Shown in pieces: positions 25,279 through 39,855 of a stretch of DNA of 64,000 nucleotides. This DNA is from Chrysomallon squamiferum. Taxonomy: Eukaryota; Animalia; Mollusca. The notes beneath the pieces were generated by a model, which was given only the letters and a program-made list of their open reading frames with translations, had not been told where the DNA came from and made no database searches. Made by a program: the position numbers and the translations under genes. Numbering within the stretch: the stretch's first letter is position 1; the number at the start of each line of letters is the position of its first letter. The DNA lies in contig CM022665.1 of assembly GCA_012295275.1 (NCBI GenBank), positions 35,154,001-35,218,000 of the forward strand, in the 5' to 3' direction.

Positions 25279-27834
25279 GTAATTTATAAAAAGAAATGTC
25301 TATTTTTTTCTTCTCTAGCATAATATCCATGGCATGCTTGCAATATCGATCATTTGTTATCAATTTGATAACACTGATTCAGTTTTATTGACAATACAAA
25401 TTGTGTGTATGTGATGATGAAACTTTAAAAATAATTGGGAGGTGGTAAAATGATAACAATACATTTTTAACATATAGTTAATGCTTACACACGAACACAC
25501 ACACACACACACACACACAAATAATACATAATTATATACAGACTTACCTAATAAACTCAGAATTCACTAATAAATACTTTTTTACATGTTCTATAATCAC
25601 TCATTTTTCAGTCAGATCTGTCAGATTTATATACCAGTAATAAAACATGGATTCACTTTTGATGGCTTCTCTGAACCACCTGGTACATAATAACCTATCT
25701 GGTTTTGAGGGTTTAGACATATTTCTGATCAGACTTATTAACTGTTTTATATGCATAAGTGTACAGATTGTGTATATGTTTGTATGGATTAAATATTTAT
25801 CTTTTTGGATACATAATTATGTATGTATATGTATAATATAACTTACTCATTTCTGGGTGATGTATGTGAACATAATCAAATACATATACATACACATTTA
25901 TAAACACACACATATATATATTCAGAATACACATTTACAGACTTGTACACAAACAAACACATACTCTGTCATCCAGTAACTCAAATTCACACAGATTATT
26001 CACACATACTCACACTGATATAGAACACTGACATACTTTCACAGAGAATATATATGTTCACACTCAGAAACACACACAGACACACACACACTCAGAAGAA
26101 ATAAATAACATTCATCACAAGATGTTTGCTGTGTCAGTGTGTCACAGTGTAAAGAAAAGTGAATGAACAGACAGGACGTTTATTTGCTAACTTCACACAG
26201 GGCATTCATTAGCCTGTCCCACAGTAATCTATCTCATTTATAGTCAGCCTTGAATACCTCTGTAGAATAAAAATTTATTATGTTTTTTTTCAGTTGTCTA
26301 ACTGGTTCTGCTTATAAAGTTTAAAAAAAATTAGTTTTCATATTCATATTATTTAACATGAGTACATGATTTATTATAATATTTTATTATTTATTGTACA
26401 AATGTAGGATAATTAAAATTTTACTGTATTCAGATGGTAAAATATATACTAAAATGGAAACTATATTTATAACTTATCTGTTGAATAAATTTTAAAGTGT
26501 GTTATTGGTATGAAATAAATGAATGGTGTAAATTTCCTTTATAATTTTTGTATTCATTGGTTTTGCTGGAAGGCATTTCAGTGAATGATTTCTGCTTATT
26601 CATCTCCTAATATTTTGTTGTATTGACAGTAATGCAATCAAACTACATTTCTTATATAAGATTTTGATTCTATGCCTTTTGAAATTTAATACTGGCATAA
26701 TCAGCAGCCATCTGTTATACTCGGCAGCTTATAAAACTTACTGTTTACAACAAAATTAAATTAAATCCAAATGCAGTGAGCAGTTTGGAAAATAATAAAC
26801 TTTATATAGAGCATTAAAAAAAAAATGAATATGAACAGCATGTCTATTATTTACTTTTTTCATCATACTTGTTCCTAAATACAGCATTATTATTACATTA
26901 TTTGAATTATATATATTCTGAATTTATTTGCCAGTCTTTATGGAATATTTGTTGCTGTTTGTGTTTTTATAACATGAAAATTTGCAGGATATATGATTTT
27001 TTAGCTTGTTTTACATCATTTATTTAAACTTATTCATCTTGATTGGGTTTTTTTTGGGGGGGTTACATTTATTTAAACTTAATCATCTTGATTGGGTTTT
27101 TTGTCTTTTAGCTTTTTTATTCACTTTCTTTCCATTTCTCGTCTACATTTGTCATACTTTCTCCAACCCATTCTCATTTTTCTCACACTTTCTTTCACAT
27201 TTTTTCTTCCTCTCACACATACTTTCCCTTACAATTATTCTGTCTCTCATTTGTTCTTTATTTTTCTCTACTCATTCATTTTGTACATTATTCTGATTCT
27301 TTATCTCCACTAACATACAAATGATGAACAACAAAATCACTTAATCTTAATGTTATTAATTTTTCTTTTCAAATAAAATTCATATTACCAAAGGTTAAAT
27401 TTATTATTGTCACTTAATACTATCTCACATAGATAACTCAGAAATGTATTGAAGATAAACCTGCTGCACCTTTTTTTCTACAAATTTCACATTTTGTTTC
27501 AAATTACAAAATGAAACAATCTTTTTTTTTTTCTTTCTGAATTGATGACCTTAAAACTCTATGCAGTGATTTCTGAAACCAAAATGCTTGAAACTCCCAT
27601 GTATTTTGAATGACAGTTTATTCACCTGATCTCCCACAGTCTTGTGCTACATATTGGGCTCTTTTACCAGAAACCATAACCATCACAGAAGTTGGCTGTA
27701 ATCTGTCATTTCTTGGATGGTTTTTTCAATCACAATTTAGCACATCAATCTTACGTTTGTCTGTTACCTTTTGTTATCAGGTTACATATTTAACTTATGT
27801 CAGGATGCACTGTCACTAAATGTCTGTGTGTGTA

Positions 27835-27869
<35 letters not shown>

Positions 27870-30800
27870 TTTTTATTTATTATTATTATTATTTTTTTTA
27901 ATGTATTTTCCAGAAGATGTCTTCATTTTTATTTTTATTTTTATTTTTTTTGAATAATGTTGAGACTGTTTTCTCTCTCACTCTGTTTTGACATCTCACA
28001 GAGAGAAAGATTTAACCAGTTTTTAACCTTTTAAACATTACATTATTTACCAACTTATTATTTATTTCATATCTTTTTAGTTCCTGTTATTTTGGTATTT
28101 ATTAAGTTTATATAACTTTAAAAAAGCTTCATTTAAAAATAAAATTAAATAAAATTTTAAAAATTTAAAATTAATACCTTCCTCTAAATAATAAATTGTT
28201 TTTCTTCACTTTTGTATTGGGTGAATATTTAAGATTAATAATTTATTATATATAACATCACATTTGTTACTGATAAAACATTATGAAATAGAACTTTATA
28301 TTTTATAACAAAGATGGATATTGAAAATGTTTTTGTTTCATTATTTGGTTTTAATGATTACTATTTAATTTAAAAAAAAAATTATGACAAGTATCTGTAT
28401 CTTTTATTATTATTATTTTTTTTAATTAGTAAAATTGATATTATTATTGAAAAAAAAAAAAAAAAAAAAAAAAATTACAAACAAAACACTAAAAAAAAAT
28501 TCAAAATGATAATTCAAAATTATTTTTCAGACAGCTGGAAAAAATTTAAAATAAGTGAACTTCATCTAGATCATTGATAAACTTTTTAATGTTTTTAAAA
28601 AATAATATTTATTGTAGTTCTCTTTCATGTTTGATTCCTTTAATAGTAATATATCACTATTTCTCTGAGAAAATATAATTAAATTGTGTTTAACTTGAAT
28701 GTTAGCAGATTTTCATATTGGATACTTAAGGCTTTCAGAGCCAGAAATTTACACACTACAAATTATCAACAGAAAATGCTGATGGAATCTTCCACAAAGA
28801 CATCTTGTAAAAGAAAAGGATATTCTGTTAGTCATCCTCTGTTTCACCATACATGTGTATGCTATAATGAGGCTTATAATTGGGTTGCCTTGTTTCATTT
28901 TTTTTGCAATATCACAATACAAATGCTTTTGTAGATATTTGGTCTCTGTAGGTATGGGGTTTCATTTTTATGACTTTGTACACATTGAGGCAAACCTTTC
29001 TTGGGAAATCACTCTTTTTATATTCTTTTTTTGTAGGTATGTATTTACCATATAACACCATGTATGTGTTTAAACAATCAGATTATACAAAAGGGGTGCA
29101 AAGGGGTGTATACTAAATGAATAGATCACTGTACAATCACAATGATATATATATATATATATATATATATGTGTTTTCTTTATAATGAAACTCATTCATG
29201 TTTTATTAAAATTTATATTGACTACAATAGAGCAACCACTCTTTCATCACAAAGCATTCACTTTGGTATGTTTTGAAAGATATGCATAAACCCATAACAT
29301 ATTTGTTACATGCCACTGTTTTTGTTATGTAATCTTCTTTTCTTTCTTTTTTCTGATAAGAATAACTATAAAATTTCCTTTTTAATTTTTCAAGTTGACA
29401 CTTTCATTGTTATTCTAAACATACAATGTAGATTTGATCAGATTAAAAAGAAAAAGAAAACATATCATAATTATTTATGGGAAGTATTGTTATTTAAAAA
29501 CACATTTAAGCAAGAGAGCAATTGATACAAGATATGTTTGTACAGTTTTTACATCTGTTTCTGCTTTCTCTGAAGCTATAACCTCTGACCTTTCATATTT
29601 TGAAGTAGTAATTTTCTTACAAGCAACAGACTTAGCAACTATAGTTGTGGCGTTTTTAATAAAAGAAGAAAAATTATAAACACACTCCAATCCAGAATTT
29701 AAAAAAAAAAATAATAATAATAAAAATAACAATATGAATGGATTAAAATAAAAAGTAAAAAAATCAAATATGTTGTGGATTTGTGATCTGTACTTTGAGA
29801 TGATTTAGGATAACAGCTTTCCTAAGAATAATACAGCAATGAATCTGTTTTATAATTCACAAATGAATGAAATCAAATTTGAATTCTTTGTTCTCTGAAA
29901 CTCTCCAGTGGTACAGAAAAGGTATTGTAATATATAAATTTTAAAAAGTATGAAATATATTTGCACTTTTTTGTGTGTGGGGGGGAATATGGAGTTTGAT
30001 TTCACATATTTATTATATTATCATACGTCTTAATTTGAAAGTGAGATTTATAGTTTATAAATATTAATCTACAAGACCAAAAAATGGCAATTAAAACTGC
30101 ATTGTGTAATATCTGGTATGTCTGTAAATTATTGTTAAACATACAGCACAAGAAATGTTCTTGAATGATTTAGGAAGGTTTTGGTTGTTTTTTTTAACAG
30201 TCTTTCAAGAGAGGACAGTATGTACCAGTTATAATATAAAATCTTTTGATAAAAATTACTTTTTCTCATGTGACAGAGCTAAATATCATTTTCTATCTTT
30301 ATTCAAAAGATAGCACATACCTTTTAAGATTTAGGACGTTATGACCTGTAGAATTTCTGTTCACAGCTTAGCACATTCCATACAATTATAATATATATTA
30401 TGTTGAAAGAGAACATTTTGAACCTTCTAATAATAGCTGTGTATCACAGAGCTAAATGTTGTGTTTTGCTGCCTTATTGTTCTGTGATAGCAATTAATAT
30501 TTAAAAATGTGAACTGTCTGAATGACCTATCACAGCAACATTCTGAAAATAAACATTTCAAAATCTACAAAAACCTGTCAGAAACTGCATACAGTGTATG
30601 AGAAATACAATCAAAAACAAGATGTATCATTATTTTATTAGATGTATATAAACATAACTTATAACAAGGATTAATATACATTACCCTTGTGTCAGTTGAA
30701 TGATTCTATATTACCCTTGTGTCAGTAGAAAATCTTCTTGTTCATTTTTTGGTTTGTGTGGTATGACAGTGGTCAAACAAACAAAACATAATAGTGGGTG

Positions 30801-32270
30801 AAATCCTTATAATGGCATCCCATGAATTTTAGTGCCTTTGTTGTATCATGAGACAAATTTTATACTATAAAAGGAGAGGTTACTAACAATAATGGATTGA
30901 GGCCATTGTAGGTCTTTGTTTTGAGAAATACAATGATACCATTTAAGCTTATTTAGTAAGAAAGAGCTGCATGCATACACATACATGTTTGTGTGTGTCT
31001 GTGTGTATATATAATATTATAAAAAATTTAAAAAAAGATAACAGAAAGATAATATACTGTAATAAATTCCAGTGATTTCAAACCGTATCAATATTTGCTG
31101 TCAAACCAAGCAAATTTGAATTTGTGCTGTCAGATAAAATTGATTGTGTCAGTCATTAGCTTGTAAATGAAATGCTAAGACATTCACTACATATCATGGC
31201 TGCAGGTAAATATGAAAAATAAGCTCTCTAACCCTGTCATTTATTTTTGATGGATATCGTAACATTTCAAAGAGTAAAACATTGATGATTTTTTTTTCAA
31301 TGCTTCTTATAGGTTTTGTTTTCAAATATATATTGCAGTTGTTTGTTGTTGTTCTATGTTTTTTAAAGTAATGGTAATGAAAATATTAGTGATAATAAAA
31401 TTAGTAGTAGTTGTAGCAGCAGCTATAGAAGTAGTATGGGTGAATTATAAATCAGTATTAAAGAACACTTCCTAAGTGTGATCATAGGTAATTGCAATGA
31501 CTGATATGTTATTCTGCTGGAGAAAGTACATACAAAAAATCCTTGTAATATAAAAAATGAAAAATAGATTATATCACCAGCAACCACTACCACAACTGTT
31601 ACTTCATCCATGAAAGCAGCAGCAACATCAACAATAATAATGATAAACAAAGTTATTAATTATTTGGCTTCAGTAGAAATATTAATGCAATATTAATGCA
31701 CTGCTATCAGTATTTTGCAAACAAAATTATTTTATTTATGTGCACCTTATGGAATCAGACAAGGAGAAAAAAGATGTCTTTTGAACTAGACTGTAACTGG
31801 ACTAGTTCATTAAATACAGTACTGATGAACAATATACATGGAAAATTGCTTTTCTCTTTCTGTCTTCCTTGGTAAAACTCATAAGTCATTTTATGTTCTT
31901 GAATGATTCTACATTGCCATATATCTTGTAGTCTAGTACAAGTTACTTTAAAAAGAATACACATCATTGTTTTCCAGGAATATTATTTTGGTGAAAGATT
32001 CTTTGTTGCCACAAGTTTTGGAATATTATCTTAGAAACTACTTAAGGATTTTACAAGATCTGTATTACAGGAAATTTAGGTGTTTTTTCTTTTTGTTGTT
32101 TCTTCTTTCTTTTCTATTGGAATTCTCCTAAATGTCGTCTGGGTAGTGTATACTTGAATACAATGTGACTGTTAAAATATTTGACTCCAGATGTTGGAGA
32201 ATTTGTGTGTGTGGTAACAAACTAGCAGTAATTTATATTTGTAATGAGCTAAATAGTTTGGATAGAAATA

Positions 32271-33141
32271 CCGTATATACTTGTGTATAAGTCGAATTTT
32301 TGGGAGACTATATTAAGGTAATATTTTGGGGGTCGACTTATACATAGGTAATGCTTTTGTAGCTGTTGCTGAAGAGTCGCCATTTTGACTATTTTTTGCT
32401 ACGGGATGCATCTAAAATAATCGCGGTCTTTCAGCTTTTCAAAAATATAATTTTATCGTGTAAAAAATTTTGAAAAATTAAATAACAAAACCAAATATGA
32501 ATGTAAAACATGATATTCTTCCGTTTAATGACATAAAAATACATTTTAAAGCGAGAAAACCGTCAGTACGGTGTTATGCCTTACGGCGTCTTGCAATGAT
32601 CTAGGAATGCACACTTCTCTGCCAAATTGCACTAAATATCGGTCCTAATTTCATAAACAAAACTCACTTGTGTAATTGTAAAGAATTTGGTGAAATAATA
32701 TTGTTAGAATTTTCAGCAAATCTAATTACTGCAAGCTTAAATTGTGCAGTATATTTATTTCGTTTGCCTGGCATCATATACAATATTTTAGGGCTATGGC
32801 CATAAAATTTTGTAAATCATAGAATGGCTAAATATAACGGTAAGTTAGGTCTCCATGTTAGACCTATTACATTAAAGAGATACGATTTATGATACATTTA
32901 GGCTATAGCTCGTGTAATACATGCATTTACGTTATTATGGTATGTTCGTGCAAGTTACAGCTCGTGCAAGTTATGTTACAGTAGGCGTACAATGTAGGCA
33001 CTGTCACACTGGTCTAAAAATAGTGACGATGCCTGGAATCTACAGTCGACTTATACACAAGTAATACCTAAAATGACGCAATTTTTGGTCTTAAAATACA
33101 CATCGACTTATACATAAGGTCACCTTGTATAGTATATACGG
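32271..33141. mobile_element. 871-bp Tc2/pogo-like MITE
   Basis: TA|CCGTATATACT ... AGTATATACGG|TA termini; repeated subterminal TCGACTTATACA motif; visibly CpG-richer than flanks. Confidence 0.88.
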
Positions 33142-33822
33142 TAAGCATAATGGAGTTCAAAAATATAATTTTAAGAAATCTGTTTTTTCTGTTATATTTC
33201 AAATGTTTTAAAAATATTTCAGCCTGATTATCAGATATGTAAAGGAGAGGCTAAACAATGTTTTTTTTCAAAATATGCCATAAACTATAAACCAGAATTA
33301 TTTTTTTCTTTAAATTATTATTATTTAAAAAATGTTTTTAATATTTTGTTTATTGAATTCTAAACTAAAATACAAAGATACAAAAAACATTTCCTATAGC
33401 CTGATAAATGCTAATTACAGTCTGCCTTATTATAATATGTGTATATTCATTATATATATATATATATCTGGATTGCCTTCTAGCATACACATTAATCTTT
33501 TTAGTATTACAGCTAAAATAAAATGGCAGCAAAAACTTTGGGTATAGCTGGGATGGTTTTACAAATAAGCACATCAAGTATACAGTGTATATGAAGATTG
33601 TAATGTTATAGTTAATATTTATGCCTGGGGAACTGATTTGTATGCAGTTGCAAATGACATGTCTCCAATTCTTTTGTTACCCTAATTAGATACAATTAGT
33701 GAGCATTTAACCGTGTTCATTAGTTTGTTCCAGTTATTTCAGTTATTAAAAAGAAACTAACTTAATCTGTACTAACATAGTTATATTTTCATATTTGTTT
33801 AATAAGATTTTTATTTCTTATG

Positions 33823-33860
<38 letters not shown>

Positions 33861-36800
33861 TTAAATAAAAGTTACTGAAAACTCTAATTTGATATCTTAA
33901 AGAAAAGATTATGTGTGTATATGAACTGTATATACCATCAAAAACAGAAAAATAATTAGTCCTTATGTTAGGCTGTGTTAATTTTTATATATATTCTTTT
34001 TTTCTTTTTTTAAAAATATTTTGAGATAATGTTGGGTTTTTTCATCATTCACCTACACTGTAATCATATCTGGATTAAACAGATTTTACACAAAATATTT
34101 CAACTAAAGTTTTTAAAATGCATTTCCTAGAAACTAAAGCATTGTGAAATCTGTATTTTATGGTTTTTCTGTTTCAGAATATAGATTTTGTTCAACTTAT
34201 TTCTGATAATGGTTTAAAAATCCTGTTTCAGTTGATTTGCTAGCATCTTCTGTATGTAATATAAATTTATTTTGACTGTATTTTAAAACACTTGACATAG
34301 GGCCTCTATTGATCTATGCTAAATGTTTTTTCTAAAACCATGCAAGCATTTTCATTTTTTTAAAAGTAATAAGAGTATTTTAGTGTGCATTTCATACAAT
34401 GTGGTCTGAGAAAAGGTTAAAACACTTTGTGTGCTGCATAGTTTTTCTGAAATGTGTGAACAAAGTCTTTACTGAAGAAATATCTGGTAACACTTTAAAC
34501 TAGATTCTACACTATTATGTGTTCGCTGCTTATACTGTTGTGGTTTGAATAAAGATTAAAAGACTTGATGTTTACAAAATGATTGTTCTAAAACATTTTA
34601 AACATAAACTTTCCTCAAGACTGTTTTTTTCTGTAATGGTTGAACTGTATTATGTTCTATTTTCTTGCTAGACTCAGACAATTTATTGATTGTTGTGCAA
34701 TAGTCCATTAACTTGAAACAACATTAAATGATGTTTGTTGTCAAAACTTCAGTTTATATTTTTTGAATTATAGATTTTGCTGCAAATTGTTTTGTCTTAT
34801 TAAATATTATATGGTCGTGTTTATGTTTTAAGTATTTTATCTTCTATGATGTGTAAGTAAAATATTTTAGTACGTGTAAAACGAGGATCATTTTTTTTAG
34901 ATTGTTCAATCAATTCTTCCTGTCAGATATTTTATTTATTAATTATTATCATTGTTTTTTTGTTTTTTTTTATCAATTAGTCCTTATTTTGTCCACTTAT
35001 CTATTCATTATATAATCTGTACAGTTGTTTTGAAATCCAATAGCTAAAGTATTTGTGGAGTGTTGTCCAAATATTCATTGATTTATCTGTATGTTAATCT
35101 GTCTCTGTCATCCATCCATTCTTCCAATTCTATTATTATTTTTATTTAACAGTTTATTAATCTATTCAATTATTTTATAAATATATTCTTTCAACTATCA
35201 TTCCATCATTTTATTAAAATTTAGTCTTTCATAGCTATTTGTACCTTTTATTTTTATAAGAAATGGCTTATAAACAATCAAAAAAGAGTAGCGAGCTGTG
35301 TGAGTGAAATGGAGTTCCTGATTCATTATTTATTGATATTAATAAGTATTGTGTAAGTGCAACTATTATACATGAAACCCTAGATTAACAGTGTCTTAAG
35401 ATGTGTCCTAAATTATAGCTTGTTTTCAGTTAGCGTAATACCATACACATAAATGGTCATGGTTTTTACCATTAACAGAAATTAAAAACAGCCTATGAAA
35501 GTTGGTAAAAGCTAATTTATATCATATTGCAGCTGGCTAAATATAACTATATTTAACATGTATGTAAACAGTAGATGCTGCTGCAATGTTTACACAAGGT
35601 CTGACCTGGGACATAATCTACATCCAAGGCTCTGACAGGCTTCTCTCAATGGAGGAAATCAAGAACAGATACATACAGAAACTCAAATTGAATTACATTG
35701 TCTAGTGTCTGTAATTCCAGTTAAACCTTGTTGAGCATTGCATATGATGTTTAGTTTATTTGTTCAGACAGATCAATACATTTGATTATTAGCTTCTGAC
35801 ATAATGTTTGTAAATAAATTGTAGACAGACAGTTTATGCTTAGTGTAGTTAGATAATATTTGCTTTATATTAGAAATTTTATCAAGAAATGGACATTTGT
35901 TGTTGTTGTTTTTTTCTGTATAAAATTAATTTTATATTTTATGTTGTTGCTCCACAACCATTTTAGTATTACTTTAAATTTCTGTTTCATGCACTAGCCT
36001 CTTCTAGAGCATAAATTGCAGCTCTTGGTGTACATTGATTTATACTGAATGGTTTTTCTATTATCTCTGAATGCAGACTTTAGAAACAACAGGTATTTGA
36101 AATTTCTGCTGCAGGACATTTGCTGTAAAACTAGATAAATCCATGAATAACAATCCATCTGTGTTACTATAAACATCCTTTTTTTGAATTCAGAAACTGC
36201 TCTCTTTTCAGTTGTTTATTTGGGAACTTTTTGTTATTTTTTTTTATTATTATATATTTTTTTTCTGTTTAAAAATTTGTTGTTTTTTTTAAATTCAAAG
36301 AATTAATCACAAATGTTTTTAATTTGTTTGTAACATACAGGCTTAATTGTTATTTATTGCAACAATGCTAATAATAATGAGTATATGGTCAATGTCAAAT
36401 AAAAAAAGAAGTAAACATGAAATTTATTATATACATGAAATCAGCTATTATATTGAGTTACACTGCTGAGTTCAGTTTGTCTGGCACAAGTCAATAATTC
36501 TGTTGTGTTTTACCAGAGCTCTATGTTATTGTTATTCATCAAACATGCCAGACCAATCCACAGAGACAGCCTTTGACTTTTAGTCTGTGAAGTATCTCTT
36601 CACTGGAAAACAAGAAGATGAATACTAAGCAGAACTTAACATTTACTGGGAAATGATAATATGACATTTATTTTTTATCATCAGAGTTTGCTTTGTAAGG
36701 TTTTGGGGTTTGTTATTAATTGCACTACAAGTTCTATTTTAATATCAAAAGTAAGAAATATTATGAGACTTAATACTGATCATCATATCCATATAACACA

Positions 36801-36932
36801 TATTGTTAGATTTAATACTAACCGTCATATTCCAGTAAGAAATGTATTTATATGCAAAACATACAGATAAGATAAGTCTTTAATGATCCTCTTTTTACCA
36901 ATTCTGACAACTATATTTTATATGTATTTCAG

Positions 36933-37133
36933 TTGATCTTCTCTGGGGAGTATACCAAAGCCATGGATCAGAACTACCACAAAGATCATTTGGCCTGCCA
37001 CAACTGTGATAAGAAGTTGATTGCTTGTCGCTACATACTGAAAGAGGAACACCCATACTGCATCCCTTGCTACCAGCAATTGTTTGCACACAACTGTGAA
37101 GAATGTTCCAAGCCCATTGGCCCTGACTACAAG
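36933..37133 (+). CDS. Lmpt: Limpet exon: rest of LIM2 (FHL half-LIM) and start of LIM3 (LIFSGEYTKAMDQNYHKDHLACHNCD...PIGPDYK)
   Basis: LIFSGEYTKAM...H..H..C is typical of Limpet/LIM-9; tttcag| and AAG|GTAAGC; 201 nt, phase 0 to 0. Confidence 0.96.
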
Positions 37134-38029
37134 GTAAGCTGATATTTATCCTACACTATTTCAGCTGTTTCATCTAGAGGGAATCATTCTATACATCTAA
37201 ATTGGTGGATTATTTAGCTAGCTAGTTACTGAAACAGACTTTCTTTAATTAATTCCTCCTTCTATAACTTCACCTAAACATCTAAACATCCATCAATCCA
37301 GTTAATAATTTATTCTTAAATGTCAGGCAAGAATATAATGTTGCTTGATATACTAGTAGTAGAGCATTACTATTGTTACTAAGTGGTAAGGAATGTAGGC
37401 ATATATATAATTTTCAGTCAAATCATGGAATTTCACAAAAAGATGCACACATGTAAACACAAGTCAACTAATTCAGAAGAAAGGTGGTTCTATTGTTTGA
37501 ACATACCAGGAGTCTCTGCAGTTCAAGAAAAAGAGAGGAAGCTTAATGTCTTACTGAAAATAAGAACTTTTGTCAGAACATTAACTATTGTAATAAAAAC
37601 TAACGTTTCCAACATGGTGTGTATTACTCTTTGAATAAGTAAATTTCCAGTATGATGATTATATGTTAAATAATATGTAATTATATAAAAAGCACATGTA
37701 ATAAGAATGCTAAATAACTGTTACTATGAAAAAAAATAAAACAGATACATGTTCATCATCACATAATTATATTAAATAATGTGTTGCTGTATGAAAAGTA
37801 ATATGTGAAGTAGTATATTTCCAATATGGTGTCTACATTAAATAATATGTAATTATGAGAAAAGTAATACATGAAATAAGAATTTGAAAAGTAAAATAAA
37901 TGATTAGTTCAGAAGATATAGGCCAAAAATGGCTTAACCTAGAACACACTGCAGTAGGTTAGAGGTGTCACTCTGAATATTCACACCTAGTTTGGACAAC
38001 ATCTAGCCACAGGAAGTGCCCTAATTTGT

Positions 38030-39855
38030 GCAAATTTAAAATGGCCACTGATAAAATCAGTAGGGGCCATTATCTCATAAATAATTCATCCTAGACCCCA
38101 TAACTATATTATAGGCAGATAGGAAAGTGACAACAAGGAACAAAAATATGCCTTCAGGATTTTTGTGTAATTCACAGACACCAGATATGATATAATTGAC
38201 CCAAACTATGTATCTGCCTAAACTCCTTTGGCTCTTTTTATCTTTTCCCTGTAAGTCAAGTGATCTTAAACTAACCACAATAGGCCAGTGTAGCATACAC
38301 AGAGAAAGGCGCAGAAGTGCTACTGAACCTGTCTTTCAACCTATATGAGGAGTTGCATCATGAGTATGGTTCAAGGTTTTTTAATAGTCTTTACAATTAT
38401 GGATTGTGCCTATAATACGATGAAGTTTTGCATTTTTCAAACTGCAGCAAGTTCTCATAATAGCTACATGATATCAGGTCACTATGATCAGCATATTGCT
38501 GACAATGTCGATTGTAACCTCTGTACATTAGGTGGATATGGACCATTCCATGGGATGGGGGATAGTAGTGGTATATAAACCAGAGTTCAAAACACAACAG
38601 CTGATATTGTGCACCTCAGACACCAGTTAGGAGTAAGCCTTTGAAGCCTACTGCCAATTACTTATGCCTGGGTTACACAACATCCAGGATATTTAAGATG
38701 GCAAAAAGGGACATCTTCTAAGAAAAGCAAAGATACTGAGTTTAATACATTTATGAATATTTTGAGAGGAGCTTGACTCAACTGGGGTGGATTATGCAGC
38801 AGAACAAGTTCTTGTCATGTTACTTTGTTGAAAAAAAAGGATAAATACTTGATGAACTGAGAGCCAGAAAGCTTTCATAAATGATGGCCACTACTCTGAA
38901 GTTGATTGAAGTCCAAACATTGCCTCTGACATCAGATGCAGCAAGATATTACTCACAAAGGGTTTATCCAAGGGATTAAGTTGATAGCTTCAGATAGTTT
39001 TCTGCTATCCAGAAGATGGATTTTCTATCTGCAGCAGAATATTTCTTTCAAGGGAGACTGTGATACTCCACACTGCTGTAACTGAATGTTCTTATTTGTG
39101 TACAGGTTGCAAAGGTTCATCATGGAGTAATGTTGCTTATGTTGCTCACGTATTTTGGTTCCTTGATACAACTTTCCAACTCTGGCATCATACAAAAATT
39201 ATGAAGATATATTGTGGTTCCTTGATGCTACTTTCCATTTTGGATTTATGCAAATTAGATTTTGTCCACATCTGCAGTGGATATTAAGAGTGATCAAATT
39301 AACCAGAAGCAGTGATAAAATATTCTATTGCAATATGTTTTGTTAATATTAATTCTACTGGATTACATGTTACAATCTGTTCTATTTAAAATATAGTACC
39401 AGTACATGAACTAAGTAGACTATAGAAAAAGACATCAAGTCCAGTGTTCTGTTTCTGGTTGCACTTTATATGACTTAGTGATGAAAATCTCTTGTCACCA
39501 CTCTCTGGCAGGGTGTGAAAGATACCTTAACTTTTAACAGAAACTTTGTTTTATTAAATTAAAACTATTAGACATTGCCATGATTTTATTAGGTTAGAAG
39601 TATCCCAAACTTAAAAACAAATATATTTAGTGATATTTGAGGGCAGGATTTAATATAAAATATTAAAAAACATGAGAAGAGTAAATATTATGGTTTATTG
39701 AATTAAAAATTAAAACTTTCAGACCTTCTATAAGTATGACAAAAATACAACAAATGGCTACAAGTTTATATTTTGTGTGAAAGTATTAAGAAATATATTT
39801 GTATCTACAAGATAATGGCCCCCACAGGTTTTGCGAGTGGCCAGTTTGAATTCAG
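38030..39855 (+). mobile_element. Decayed DNA transposon relic, Academ-like (transposase, XPG-like and Cys-rich fragments)
   Basis: ~50-bp degenerate inverted repeats at ~38033-38083 and ~39801-39853; fragments ADNVDCNLCTLGGYGPFHGMG (~38498), TTSRIF (~38680), EVQTLPLTSDAARYYSQRVY (~38910-38970) and ECSYLCTGCKGSS (~39085-39125). The family call is from recalled motifs, not from a search. Confidence 0.6.
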
